DNA of 36,680 nucleotides. Origin: Octopus sinensis (lineage: Eukaryota). The notes beneath the pieces were generated by a model, which had not been told where the DNA came from, ran no database searches, and saw only the letters and a program-made list of their open reading frames with translations. Within the stretch, counting starts at the first letter, position 1. The number at the start of each line of letters is the position of its first letter. A program made the translations under genes and the position numbers. The stretch covers positions 1 to 36,680 of the forward strand of contig NW_021828083.1 in the NCBI RefSeq assembly GCF_006345805.1, read 5' to 3'. This document shows positions 1-11,040 of this stretch, one piece after another.

Positions 1-104
1 CAATCTTTACAAAATATAAATACCTGTATCGATTCAATCGACTCAAAAATTCTTCAAGGCGGTATCCCAGTATGGCCGCAGTCTAATGACTGAAACAAGT
101 AAAA
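1..104 (+). mobile_element. 3' tail of tRNA-derived SINE (family A)
   Basis: aaggcggtatcccagtatggccgcagtctaatgactgaaacaagtaaaa matches the tails of the fuller copies at 1734-2095, 11615-11986 and 20694-21108. Confidence 0.85.
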
Positions 105-989
105 CATATAATATATATTTCAACCGAAACTCTGCTCGATTGAGATACAGTAATTCGTTGATAATTTAACAAAAATGAAAAGTGGAAAAAAAAATTCTAT
201 TTACCATAATTATCAGAGTGAAGATATTTGTGAAATTGGTCAAAAACAATCAAATCAATTTGTATCCATCATATTATTGTTAGATTCAACGAAGCAGCTA
301 ACACGATGTCAGCTTGAAAACCCATTTATAGACGCAGATATTATTATTAATAGCATCTGACTGCCAAACACGGCATCTCTATTTTGGATCAAGAACATAT
401 TATTGCAAAACCCAGATATTATGGTACCATTTTATAGCTGGCAGTTAATGCAGCATTCGCAACAAAACAAAACTGCATTTGCTTTGGGTGCCTGCTCCAC
501 TAAAATGCTTTATAGGTATATATACGGAATAATAGTCGTTCTGTAGAATTGGTATTTTAAGCATCATTGGCACACACCGTTATTTACCAAATATAACTGC
601 AGCATATATATATTAATGCTGTGTGTGGTTGTGTGTGTGTGTGTGTGCCACTAAACTACTGCATATTCCTATTGTTCTTTAATAGACAAGGGTATTGATT
701 CACGCATTTTGATGTTCTCCAACATCTTCTGTAACATATAGTGACATAATTGTCTGAGTTCGAATCATGGGTCGATAAAATAATAGCAGTAACCGAATAA
801 CACGCGAGTAATTTCTTTACACTCTGGATGAAAATATAATTAGTATCATTTGTCGCTATTTGGATTTGCTAAGTCCCGGCAACGAATTTTTTTTCCCACA
901 AGATTTCCGGAGCCCAGTAATGAACTCATTTGCATACAGCAAATCAGAACTCATCTTGACCTTGTTGTCAAATTAGTAAACACACTTAC

Positions 990-1046
990 CCAAGTAAATT
1001 CAAGACGAAGAACGGTGTTCTCAGGCCACCGTTCGCCAAGTTATGC
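990..1046 (-). CDS. Candidate 57-nt internal coding exon of an unidentified host gene (xHNLANGGLRTPFFVLNLLG)
   Basis: Minus strand: CTAAT branch point, pyrimidine tract, ccAG acceptor, 57 nt, then G|GTAAGT donor; only one of three frames is open (phase 2-2). Confidence 0.4.
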
Positions 1047-1484
1047 CTGGTTTTAGAAGGAGACAAGTAATTAGATTTGCATCTATACCTATTATCGATT
1101 TTGGTAGGGTCCCATATGGTAAAGATGTGGACGGGAAAATGTGGGTAGAGGGTAATGTGCTAGCAACTCTCTCCCCTTACTGCTTTACAAAATAAACAAC
1201 AACACAAATATCTATGTAGAAGCAGCCAGGGTTGAAACAAGAACAAGAAACATTCTTAAAACAGAAAAGAAACATGGTCATTCCTTACCCAAGTGAACTC
1301 ATCTTATCGCCCTTCACTTGTTATGCGCCATAAATTAGGTTGCTACTTGAGCTCTGATTGGCTGTATGCTAATGAGTTCATAACTGGGGTCCGGAACTCT
1401 CGTAGGAACTCCTGGCAGGTTCGAGCGCAAGACATACTAGTCGCTCTAGTACACATCATGGTAGAAAGACTAAATAACAGTGTC

Positions 1485-1687
1485 CCAGAGTTCCATCGTT
1501 TCCGTGGCGCATATATTTCCCGGCGGTCCGTTATGGAACTGCTCGTTTTTGACGGGCGAGTGGATTGGAGCAACATGAAATAAAGTGTTTTCCTGAAGAT
1601 CATACAGTATTGCCCGAACCTGGAATCGAAAGCACGATCTAATGGTGATGAGTTCAACACCCTAACCACTAAGTCACTCGCCTACAC
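1485..1687 (-). mobile_element. Degraded tRNA-derived SINE (B/C-type head and core)
   Basis: gagtggattggagcaacatgaaataaagtg...cctggaatcgaa...ccctaaccactaag is shared with 8540-8737 and 9041-9364. Confidence 0.75.
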
Positions 1688-1733
1688 AAACATACAAACA
1701 CACATGCACACAAACACACACAAACACACTCAT

Positions 1734-2095
1734 AGGAGTGGCTGTGTGATAAGTAGCTTGCTTACCAACCACATAGTCCCGGGTTCAGTCCCACTGCGTG
1801 ACACCTTGAGCAAGTATTTTCTACTATAAGCCTTGTGAATGGAATTGATAGACGGAAACTGAAAGAAGCCTGTCATATATATGTATATACATATGTATGT
1901 GTGTGTATACTTTTGTGTGTTTGCACCCCTCTAACATCGCTTGACAACCGATGCTGGTGTGTTAACGTCACCGTAAGCTAGCAGTTCGGCAAAAGAGGCC
2001 GATAGAATAAGCCTTGGGGTCGATTTGCTCGACTAAAGGCGGTGCTCCAGCATGGTCACAGTCAAATGACTGAAACAAGTGAAACAGTAAAAGAG
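1734..2095 (+). mobile_element. Near full-length tRNA-derived SINE (family A)
   Basis: A-box-like tggctgtgtga, B-box-like ggttcagtccc, internal TA/TG linker and LINE-like tail; homologous to 20694-21108. Confidence 0.9.
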
Positions 2096-2098
2096 TAT

Positions 2099-2101
2099 AT
2101 A

Positions 2102-2157
<56 letters not shown>

Positions 2158-2234
2158 CATAAATGAGGGTGAAAGATTAGATATTAACCACTTAGCGGTA
2201 ACTCTCTTATATTTAAGTATATATAAATATATAT

Positions 2235-2286
<52 letters not shown>

Positions 2287-2365
2287 ATTATATATCTATA
2301 TATATATATATATATAATATAGTATATATATATGTATATATATATGTATATGTATATATATATAT
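2099..2365. repeat. (TA)n microsatellite at the LINE 5' junction
   Basis: Direct reading. Confidence 0.98.
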
Positions 2366-2491
2366 TGAGCAACAATCTTTTTTGTGCATGGCACAAAAGA
2401 TTGTACAGCAGCTGACCTGGCTTCATCAAACCCAAGCCCGCAGGTGGGACTACCCACTATATACCAGACCACCACAGCAAACAGACACAGG

Positions 2492-5478
2492 ATGGACACC
2501 GCCGGCAACAACGTACACCTCACCTCGATGCTCCTACTGAACATCAGAGGACTGCAAACACTCAGTAACAGGACAAAGATCCCGTTCCTGAGAGACTTTG
2601 TTGCATGCAATCAAGCCTTATGCATAGTACTTACAGAAACGCACCTGAAACGGACATAGCAGATGCGGAGTTACACATACCACACATTGATGCTGTACTA
2701 CGGACCGACAGGAAGAAAGGAGTCATGGAGGTGTTGCTATGTACATCCGGGAGGACCTCACACCCCAGGTCCTCTTGTCATACTCAAACTCGGTTGTGAC
2801 ACACTAATTGAACATATTAGGCGGCACTTGATGTAGTTGTGTGTGCTACATATCGCCCTCCAGATGCCCCAAGCCATGTGGGCAGTTGAGCTCAAGACTG
2901 TGCTGATAAAGTTAAAAATAGAAGAAATTCTAACCACATTAGAACAACACATAGGTGTGCTTCTTATGGGAGACTTCAATCTGCCCAAGTCAGATGGCCC
3001 GAGGGCCTTTCTCTCCCAGGAATGACAAGATGTGAACGAGGACAGGCGAGGTCCCTCCTGAACCTCATCAACACCCTGTACATGGAGCAGGTAATACTCC
3101 ACCAACCAGGGCAGGTAACAACACTGGATCTCTGCTTCACAAATGACATGGATCTCATCCATAATGTGAAAGTGACACCGACACTACTCTCGGATCACAC
3201 ATGATAGAGCTGACCATGTACGGGCCAAAAGAGAGCACGGACATGCAGCCTACAAGAAACCCTCAAAATCTTTCCAGCTTGAACTACCATAAGGCAAACT
3301 GGAAACAATTGAGAAAGAGATCCTCAAAAAAACTGGCCTAAATGTCTCTCCTCGCCAGACATCGACGTGAAACTTCAACAATTCATGTCTGTAATGCAAG
3401 CCATATGCTACAAATGTGTCCCGAGAGAAAGGCCACTGTACACAAGAACAAAATCCCCAGAGAGAGGAAAATTTTAATGAGACGGCGTACGAATTTTCAA
3501 ATCGCCTGAACAAACAGATTGAAAGCAGTGAAAAGTCCCGCCTAAAAAATAAACTGTTGGAAATCGAAAAATGTCTGCAACTCTCCCATGAAAAAGAAAG
3601 AGCAACAAAGAAGCCTGGGCTATAGAAAACATAAAATCTAACCCCAGAGCTTTCTACAGGTATCCAAAGAAACAGCTACGGTGCACTTAGAATATGTAGC
3701 CAGCGGCGCAAAGGAATGGATGGCACACTTACAGGAAAACCAATGAGGGTAAGTGAAATACTGAATGAGCAATTCAAGAGTGTTTTCCTCTCCACCCCTT
3801 GGCATCTCCAAATCACAAACCACACTTTTTTACCACTGCAGATATAAATCAGAGGCGGCGCGATAGATGAGATTACATCGATATAAGAAAGAAGATGTAA
3901 CCAAGGCTATAGATGAAATGAAACAGACTCCTACTGGCCCCGATGGATTCCCGACAATCCTCCTAAAAGCATGTAAAAGTCCTAGCAAGACCACTGCAGT
4001 TCCTCTTTCAGATTCCTTGCAGCTGGCAAACTTCCAGGAAAACTGAAGGAAGGTAAAATATGCCCCATTCATAAAGGAGGTAGCAGAGCGGAAGCCAAGA
4101 ACTATAGACCTATCTCTCTGACCTACACACAGCAAGGTCATGGAACGAATAGTCAGAAGGAAGCTGATCACCTTCCTTGAAGAGAATGACTTGCTGCCCG
4201 ACACCCACAGTTTTTTTCCGACCAGGAGAAGCTGTTTAACTCAGCTCCTACAACACTATGACTGGGTGCTGAAACGGCTGCTCAACCACTCAAATGTGGA
4301 AGTTTATATCTCGACTTTGCAAGGCCTTTGATAAAGTCGATCATGGAATGATATGTCACAAACTGCGTGATCTCAACATAGTTGGAAAACTGGGAGAATG
4401 GCTTCATGACTTTCTGAAGGATAGAAGTCAGGTGGTATAGCCAATGGGGCCACCTCCATTAACACACAAATAGTGAGCGGTGTTCCGCAGGGCACTGTCC
4501 TGGGACCACTACTGTTCATAATGGCCCTCTCAGACATGCCTCAGCCACGCAGAGAGCCACGATCACAAGTTATGCAGATGATACAAAAGTTTCACAGGCA
4601 ATACAGAACCGAGGACACTAAACACCTGCAATGTGAGCTGGACGAAATATACAAGTGGGCTGAAAAGAATACATGCTTTTCAATGCTGGAAAGTTTCAAG
4701 CTTTATACTATCAGCATGCAAAACTGAATGCAATACCCAATGAATACACTGGACCCGGAGGATTGCAATCCCAGAGGCACAATCAGTGCGTGACCTGGGT
4801 ATTCACATGAGTGATGACGCGACCTTTCATGTACATGTTGCTAAACTGACAATGAAATGTAGACGGCTGGCTGGATGGATTCTTAGAACCTTTAGAACAA
4901 GAGAACAAGAAACCATGATGGTCCTCTGGAAGACACTTGTCCTAAGCCACTTTGACTATTGCTCTCAGCTATGGTCACCATCCAGTGTCAAGTTGATCAC
5001 AGAACTTGAGGCGATCCAACGAAGCTACACAAAGAAGATAGCCTCTATGCAGAATGTAAGCTACTGGGTAAAGACTCAAGAGATTAAAATTATATTCCCT
5101 GGAGCGTAGGCGGAAAGATATGCCATAATATACATCTGGAAGATCCTGGAGGGAAGTGTCCTGAACTTTGGCATCGAGAGTTACGCAAATGCCAGAACTG
5201 GGCGCCACTGCGTGGTGCCTAGGACTCCAAACCTGCCATCAAGATGTAGGACAAGATTCTGTGATAGCCTGGGCTTCCGAGGCCCACAGCTCTTCAATAT
5301 CCTCCCGAAGAACCTGAGAGACCTGCATGGGGTGGATACAGATGTCTTTAAAATGAAGCTGGATCTCTTCCTGTCAGGTGTCCCAGATGAACCAACTTCA
5401 CGGCAGGAGGGGCAGATGAGGGCAGCTGCATCGAACTCTCTCATGCACCAAATAGCAGTTGCTAGAAAGCCTCCATGA
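2492..5478 (+). pseudogene. LINE ORF2 (endonuclease plus reverse transcriptase), broken by many frameshifts and stops
   Basis: LNIRGL, LTETHL, MGDFNLP, TLDLCFTN, LSDH (APE); GPDG, NYRPISL, DFAKAFDKVDH (4313-4345), SGVPQGTVLGPLLF (4476-4517), YADDTK (4571-4588), spread over different frames. Confidence 0.93.
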
Positions 5479-5546
5479 AGTGAAACCAAGTAGCAACACC
5501 AAATGGCGGTGCCCCAGCATGGCCACAGCTCATAAGCTGAAACTAG

Positions 5547-5575
5547 AATCAGTCAATCAATCAATCAATCAATCA
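5547..5575 (+). repeat. (TCAA)n 3' tail of the LINE
   Basis: Direct reading, immediately after the conserved tail stem-loop. Confidence 0.95.
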
Positions 5576-5584
5576 TATATATAT

Positions 5585-5962
5585 ATTCTTGTATTCTTTT
5601 ACTTGTTTTAATCATTTGGCTGAGGCGATGCTAGAGCACAGCCTTTAGTCGAACAAATCGACCCCTAGGAAATATTCTTTGTTAGCCTAGAACTTATTCT
5701 CACGGTGTCTTTTGGCTGAATCGCTAAGTTACGGAACATAAACACACCGACGTCGGTTGGCAAGCGATGGAGTGTGGACAAACACAGACACACATATATT
5801 TATATATACGACGGCCTTCTTTCCGTTTCCCTCAACCAAATCCACTCACAAGGCTTTGGTCGGCCCGAAGCTATAGTAGAACTTGTGTGTGTCGTGCTCC
5901 CGCATGGCCACGCTGTGGGACTGAACCCGGAGACATGTAGTTGGGAAGCAATATTCTTACCA
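5585..5962 (-). mobile_element. tRNA-derived SINE (family A), diverged
   Basis: Reverse complement aligns along its length with 20694-21108. Confidence 0.85.
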
Positions 5963-5972
5963 TATATATAAT

Positions 5973-6021
<49 letters not shown>

Positions 6022-6024
<3 letters not shown>

Positions 6025-6175
6025 CTTTATTAGCCACACAGGGCTGGACTTTGAGGGGACAAATTACAAAGTAGTGCTTTTCGTTTTCGAGATGGAGAAA
6101 AAGGTGGGGGTAGATTTTCGATCAAAAGGGATCGTAAAAAAAAGCAAAAAAAAACGATCAATAGGGATCGTGCCT
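6022..6175 (-). mobile_element. Unclassified retroposon 3' fragment with a family-D-like tail
   Basis: Minus strand ends tttgtcccctcaaagtccagccctgtgtggctaataaagaaa, similar to family D SINE tails; bounded by microsatellites. Confidence 0.5.
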
Positions 6176-6698
6176 ATAATATATATATATATATAGACTC
6201 TAAGAGTGCGTGTGTATATGTAGTAGACAAGTATACGCAGCGTATGCATAAAAGTACCCGAATACATAAACATGTGCTTTTTGTCAGGGTGTGTACTTGT
6301 TTGCATATGTGTATACGTGTAAATATATGAATAAAGACTTGTGTATCTCCGTTTCGTTGAATCTCTATTAATATTTATCTCTTTAGTTATTTATAAGTCT
6401 GATTCAATTTGAAATGCTGTCATTTATTGAAGCATCCGCTAGCAATTTATAGGCGTCTCGGTAAGATTGAGCTAAGAATCGTCTAGACACTAGTTTGCTC
6501 GCAGATAATCATCGAAAGAGATACTGATGGAGAGAAGTGGGAATCGAAAGGCAGAGATTCTAACGGGGGAAAAGAATTGTTAGAAAGAGAGAAAGAGAAA
6601 GGCAGAGAGAGAGAAAGAGAGAGAGGACAGAGACAGACAGAGATATTGAGCCGGAGAGTTGAAAACAGATAGGCTAGTAAGGGTATATACATATAAAC

Positions 6699-6742
<44 letters not shown>

Positions 6743-6831
6743 TCTTTTATCTTATTTCAGTCATTAATCTGCGGCCATGATGGGGCACCACCCTGAAGAA
6801 TTCTTAGTCAATGAATCTAATCCAGTTACCA

Positions 6832-6836
<5 letters not shown>
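6743..6836 (-). mobile_element. SINE family A tail fragment
   Basis: Reverse complement of the gaattcttcagggtggtgccccatcatggccgcag...gactgaaa tail. Confidence 0.75.
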
Positions 6837-6891
<55 letters not shown>

Positions 6892-6894
6892 GTG

Positions 6895-6933
<39 letters not shown>

Positions 6934-7034
6934 TATACAGATATATACATATATATATATATACATCATATACATATACACACAATATATATATATACAT
7001 ATATATATATACATATATATATATACACACACAC

Positions 7035-7066
<32 letters not shown>

Positions 7067-7138
7067 GATATGGTATATATATATATATATATTATTATAT
7101 ATATATATATCTATATATATATATATATAATATATATA
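6836..7138. repeat. Compound (TA)n/(CA)n microsatellite
   Basis: Direct reading. Confidence 0.97.
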
Positions 7139-7164
7139 TGAAGTACAAGGAAATAAAAAGAAGT

Positions 7165-7250
7165 AGTGTTGGAATCATTTTACTCTAGAGTTCTTAAAGG
7201 CGGTGCTTCATCATGGGCGCAGACTAATGATTGAGACAATTAAAAGATGA
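7165..7250 (+). mobile_element. SINE family A tail fragment, degraded
   Basis: ttcttaaaggcggtgcttcatcatgggcgcagactaatgattgagacaa. Confidence 0.65.
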
Positions 7251-7334
7251 GATATATATTACGTATGCATGTGTGTATGCATGTATCTATATATATATGT
7301 GCGCATGTGTGTGTGTGCGCGCGTGTGTAAATGT

Positions 7335-7500
7335 ATAGTTTAAGTTTATAGAAAAACAAAAGACGAAGACAGGTGTCGGAACGACAATCGAGTGTATTAA
7401 TTTGATACTCGGGAAAAAGGAAAGTCTTTTACGTTTCGAGCCTATGCTCTTAGACAGAAAGGAATGAGAGGAAATAAATAGAGAGGGAATGGAAAAAAAC
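7335..7500 (-). mobile_element. Hammerhead-bearing repeat (putative Penelope-like pLTR relic); second copy at 26192-26402
   Basis: aaaacaaaagacgaagacaggtg...gtcttttacgtttcgagcctatgctctt is homologous to the reverse complement of the 26.2-26.4 kb copy. Confidence 0.7.
7425..7461 (-). ncRNA. Decayed minimal hammerhead-like motif (core CUGUCUAA)
   Basis: Minus strand cttt-CUGUCUAA-gagc/auag/gcuc-GAAAC-GUA-aaag; stems I and II intact, G8 lost. Confidence 0.5.
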
Positions 7501-7588
7501 GTGTTCAGTTCAGTGGTCGGATGTGTGTGTGTGTGTTTGTGTGTGTGTGCATGTGTGTGTGTGTGTGTGGTGTGTGTGTGTTGTGTGT

Positions 7589-7636
7589 GGCGCTCCCGCA
7601 TGGCTGCAGTCAAGTGTCTGAAACATGTAAAAGAAC
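7589..7636 (+). mobile_element. Isolated LINE/SINE-type 3' tail after a (GT)n tract
   Basis: ggcgctcccgcatggctgcagtcaagtgtctgaaacatgtaaaag resembles the family A and LINE tail. Confidence 0.65.
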
Positions 7637-7735
7637 ATATATATATATATATGTACATATGTGGTTGTATATATACACACATATGTATACAAGTATACAG
7701 AGATTGTCAGAAGCGACACCTACTGGTCTGGCTAC

Positions 7736-7777
7736 GCTGCATTGAAAAGGGGCAATACCCCGAAACGCGTCTGTAGC
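7736..7777 (+). ncRNA. Minimal type I hammerhead ribozyme motif, U3-A8 core variant
   Basis: Stem I gctgca/tgtagc (6 bp, one GU), core UUGAAAA, stem II gggg-caata-cccc, GAAAC-GC-GUC; predicted cut after 7771. Confidence 0.75.
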
Positions 7778-7937
7778 TGCCAGTCAAGTAGTGTGGAGCG
7801 ACTGACCTCCCTTGGTCGAAGGTTATATGGATACAGTTTGTGTATCAAATAGCTAACTTAAGGTGATGGCCTCATGGAGCTAATAAGCGGACAGCTTTAT
7901 TCTTATTTTAGAAGAATGCCATATTAGTATGGCGATA

Positions 7938-7992
<55 letters not shown>

Positions 7993-8539
7993 ATATTTGT
8001 GTATATGCTTGTGTGTGTCTGTGTGCGTATGCATGTATGTATCTGTGTAAGTATGTATGTAAGCATGTATGTCTGTATGTATTTATGTGCTCAGAAATGC
8101 TGGTGACTCCCGGCTGCCGACTTCGTAGAATTTTCTTTTTTTTTGTTCTTTCCTTTGTTAAACTTAATGACACAACTTAATGCAAGTTAGTGATTTTTAT
8201 TAATCCTAATTATATTTGTTTATATTCTAATTCCTATATATATGTCTGAAATTGAATTTCTGTACGTTTTCGTGTGCGAAGCTTTTGAAACCGCATATCG
8301 ATCTTTTTCATTTTGACTCTTGAAAATGTTTTTATAGTTTACTTCATATATTTTCATATCATTCTAATTTGATGTACAACTAATAAAACAAGCAATTCAA
8401 AGAGATATTTATCTTACTCAACAAGAAGTCTGCGACAGACGGCATTTTTTTGTTCTACAAGCCAGGCTGCGGAACAGAAGAAAATAAGCATGGTTGGTTT
8501 ATGATAAATTAAAATAAATAAATGTTTCATTCTCGATTA

Positions 8540-8737
8540 ATGCCAGGCTCATGGCGGCCGGTTTCCCGGTTTCACTGGCGTATATACTTCCCACGTGGAG
8601 GGGATGCCAGTCATTTGAAAGATAACTCATTCTTGCCAGCTGAGTGGACTGGAACAACGTGAAATGAAGTGTTATGCTCAAGAACACAACGAGTCGCCCG
8701 GTCCCGGAACGAAACCTCAATCTTACGGTCACCCTAC
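8540..8737 (-). mobile_element. tRNA-derived SINE (B head, C tail)
   Basis: Core gccagctgagtggactggaacaacgtgaaatgaagtg is shared with 9041-9364; the 3' part differs. Confidence 0.8.
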
Positions 8738-8836
8738 CGTGGGAAGGTTGCCTCGTGAACTCAACTCTAGTACTCACGAAGAGCTCACCCTCACGCTTGT
8801 TGTTAGTCACAGAAAAAAAATATCACTAGAAATGGA

Positions 8837-8952
8837 GTCGGTAAAATAAGTACCAGTTGCGCACTGGGGTCGATGTAATCGTCTTAATCCATTTGTCTGT
8901 CCTTATTTTTCTCCTCTATGTTTAGCCCCCTGTGGGCAATAAAGGAATAAAT
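8837..8952 (+). mobile_element. 3' half of SINE family D
   Basis: aaataagtaccagt...ctggggtcgatgtaatc...tgtttagccccctgtgggcaataaagg matches 15277-15498. Confidence 0.85.
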
Positions 8953-9040
8953 GATATATGGCTATGCATGAAATGAAATTGTCACCCTTAGCTCAAGCAG
9001 TCCTTTAAGTATGGTGGGTGGGGGGCTAAGATTACACAGG

Positions 9041-9364
9041 TTGGTACTCCATCGGTTACGGAGATAAGGGTTCCCGTTGATGCGATCAACAGAACAGGTT
9101 GCTCGTGAGATTAACGTGCAAGTGGCTGAACACTCTACAGACATGCGTACCCCTTCTTATACTTCTCAGAGATTCAGCGTGACGCAATGTGTGACAAGGC
9201 TGGCCCCTTGAAATACAAGTACTACTCATTTTTTCCAGCTGAGTTAACTGGAGCAACATGAAATAGAGTGTCTTGCTCAAGGACACAGCGCGCCGCCGGG
9301 AATCGAACTCGCGACCTTACGATCGTGAACCGAATACCCAAACCACCAATCTGCGCGCCTTCAC
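9041..9364 (-). mobile_element. Full-length tRNA-derived SINE (B head, F tail)
   Basis: tRNA-like head (reverse complement of gggaatcgaactc...cccaaaccac); 3' ~180 nt shared with 32224-32600. Confidence 0.88.
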
Positions 9365-9795
9365 ATTACATAGGACGTAAATGTTGAAATGGTAGTCCTG
9401 TAACGATAGAGTTTTGGCTCATCCAAATTTAGAAAGAACATTATGATTGTTCTTACTTTCAGCTGCGGAAACTGCGTACTAACATTTCGAAGACGAAGTA
9501 AAAAGTAGGTTTCACGTTACAGAATTCCAGTTCACAGTAAAAAATTTCAGAAACACGTTTAAATAACGCGGTGCAAGCTAATATGGACGTGTGTACGTGG
9601 ACGCTTCATCAATAAACGATGCGCTTGGTTATAACTGTAACTGATGTGTACACAGATAAAAATATACAAGCCAATTGACAGGATGAGTTGGTTGATAGAT
9701 TTGATTCAGAGAGAGGAGATAGGGGCAAATTAGTCGGCAAATACCAAGACAGAAAGAGATATAGTTATGGCAGATAAAATATCAAAACGGAGAGT

Positions 9796-9833
<38 letters not shown>

Positions 9834-10011
9834 TATTTACATATACATATATAAACACTAATATCGATCAGTAAGAATGAGTGCTCAACACTGTATTGGT
9901 GGATAAATATTCTTTATTTGTGGATTAAAAAGGCTATCAATTGTTTCATGCAAGAAATTATTTACAGTTGTTCAAGCGTACCGCATGGAAATGTTGGTCC
10001 TCGTCTCCATA

Positions 10012-10048
<37 letters not shown>

Positions 10049-11040
10049 ACTTTGACAAGATTGCTTCTCAGAAAAAAATCAGTTCACTTTTAACTGACGA
10101 TACCGTTAATTATTCGATGCAAGCGAGGTCAATAACAATTGGGAATATCAAAACAAAAGATTTATTTTAATGTTAGAATCGATTTATTTAGTCCTGTCAA
10201 TTAAATTTAATGTAAGATAGGAATGTGTTTATTAACCTAGCTGTCTTCAAATGACTGACGCCTGTAGTAAGTTAAACAGAGTATGAAATGTTTTGGAAAG
10301 CGGTAACGCGAAACACAGCCTGAACAACCTTTGGAAACCTAGGTTTTTCTACTGGTGTTATCATTCTTGCTTAACTCGATTCAGCACCACATTCTTCGAT
10401 TTGTGTTAACAAAGAGAGCTGCAATACACACACACACCTATACATATATATGTGTGTGTATCTGTGTACTTACATACATACGCACATACATCTACCCGTG
10501 TATTTCTATGTCTCACTGTGAGAGTAAACGTATGTATGAGTGTTTGTTGAGGATTTTTCCCGATTTATCCTGTCTGTAAGTGTTTGTATGTAAGTCTGGT
10601 TCTGTCAGCTTTGTTTCCAAGGCAACCATCCACTTGATTAAGTATTGATATAGACACTATTTGATTACTTGTCTTTTCATATCTATTTTATTTAATTTAC
10701 GTTTTATTCCATTATTCATTTATTCATTCATTCTTTCATTCCCCTATTCATGTATTCCTTTCTACATTCATTCATCTTTGTTTCTCTCTATAATTATATT
10801 TGTGTCAAACAATATGAGAGATGTGTTAAAATTGGGCTGCAAATACATTGGATTCCATTTTCAGTTTCACTCTTTAAACAATGGGATTTTCGTTTCATCT
10901 ATTAGATCTATGATTAAAGGCATTCCATCCATGACAACCCGTTTAATATTTTCCATGGGTGTGTGTGCCGCAGTCTAGAATGTCCAACGTGTAGATTTGT
11001 AAATTAGAAAATTACTATTTTTAAATCTCACAATGAGAGA

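Larger units (their letters stand above)
2366..5575 (+). mobile_element. 5'-truncated non-LTR retrotransposon (CR1/L2/Jockey group), inactive
   Basis: APE motifs, RT motifs, conserved C-terminus (GPQLFNILP...KLDLFLSGVPDEP), short 3' UTR and (TCAA)n tail; flanked by TA-rich tracts. Confidence 0.95.

Noticed and set aside
928-1082. Two ATTTGCAT octamer motifs
   Set aside because: No snRNA gene or PSE recognised nearby; expected by chance in AT-rich DNA
1293-1669. Overlapping 96-aa and 108-aa ORFs
   Set aside because: They overlap a degraded SINE; no recognisable domain
2366-5575. An intact, active LINE
   Set aside because: ORF2 is split across many frames with stops, and ORF1/5' UTR are essentially absent
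9463-9504. 42-nt plus-strand micro-exon candidate (ttactttcAG...GTAGGT; CGNCVLTFRRRSK)
   Set aside because: Splice signals are plausible but there is no supporting homology, and such pairs arise by chance in 37 kb
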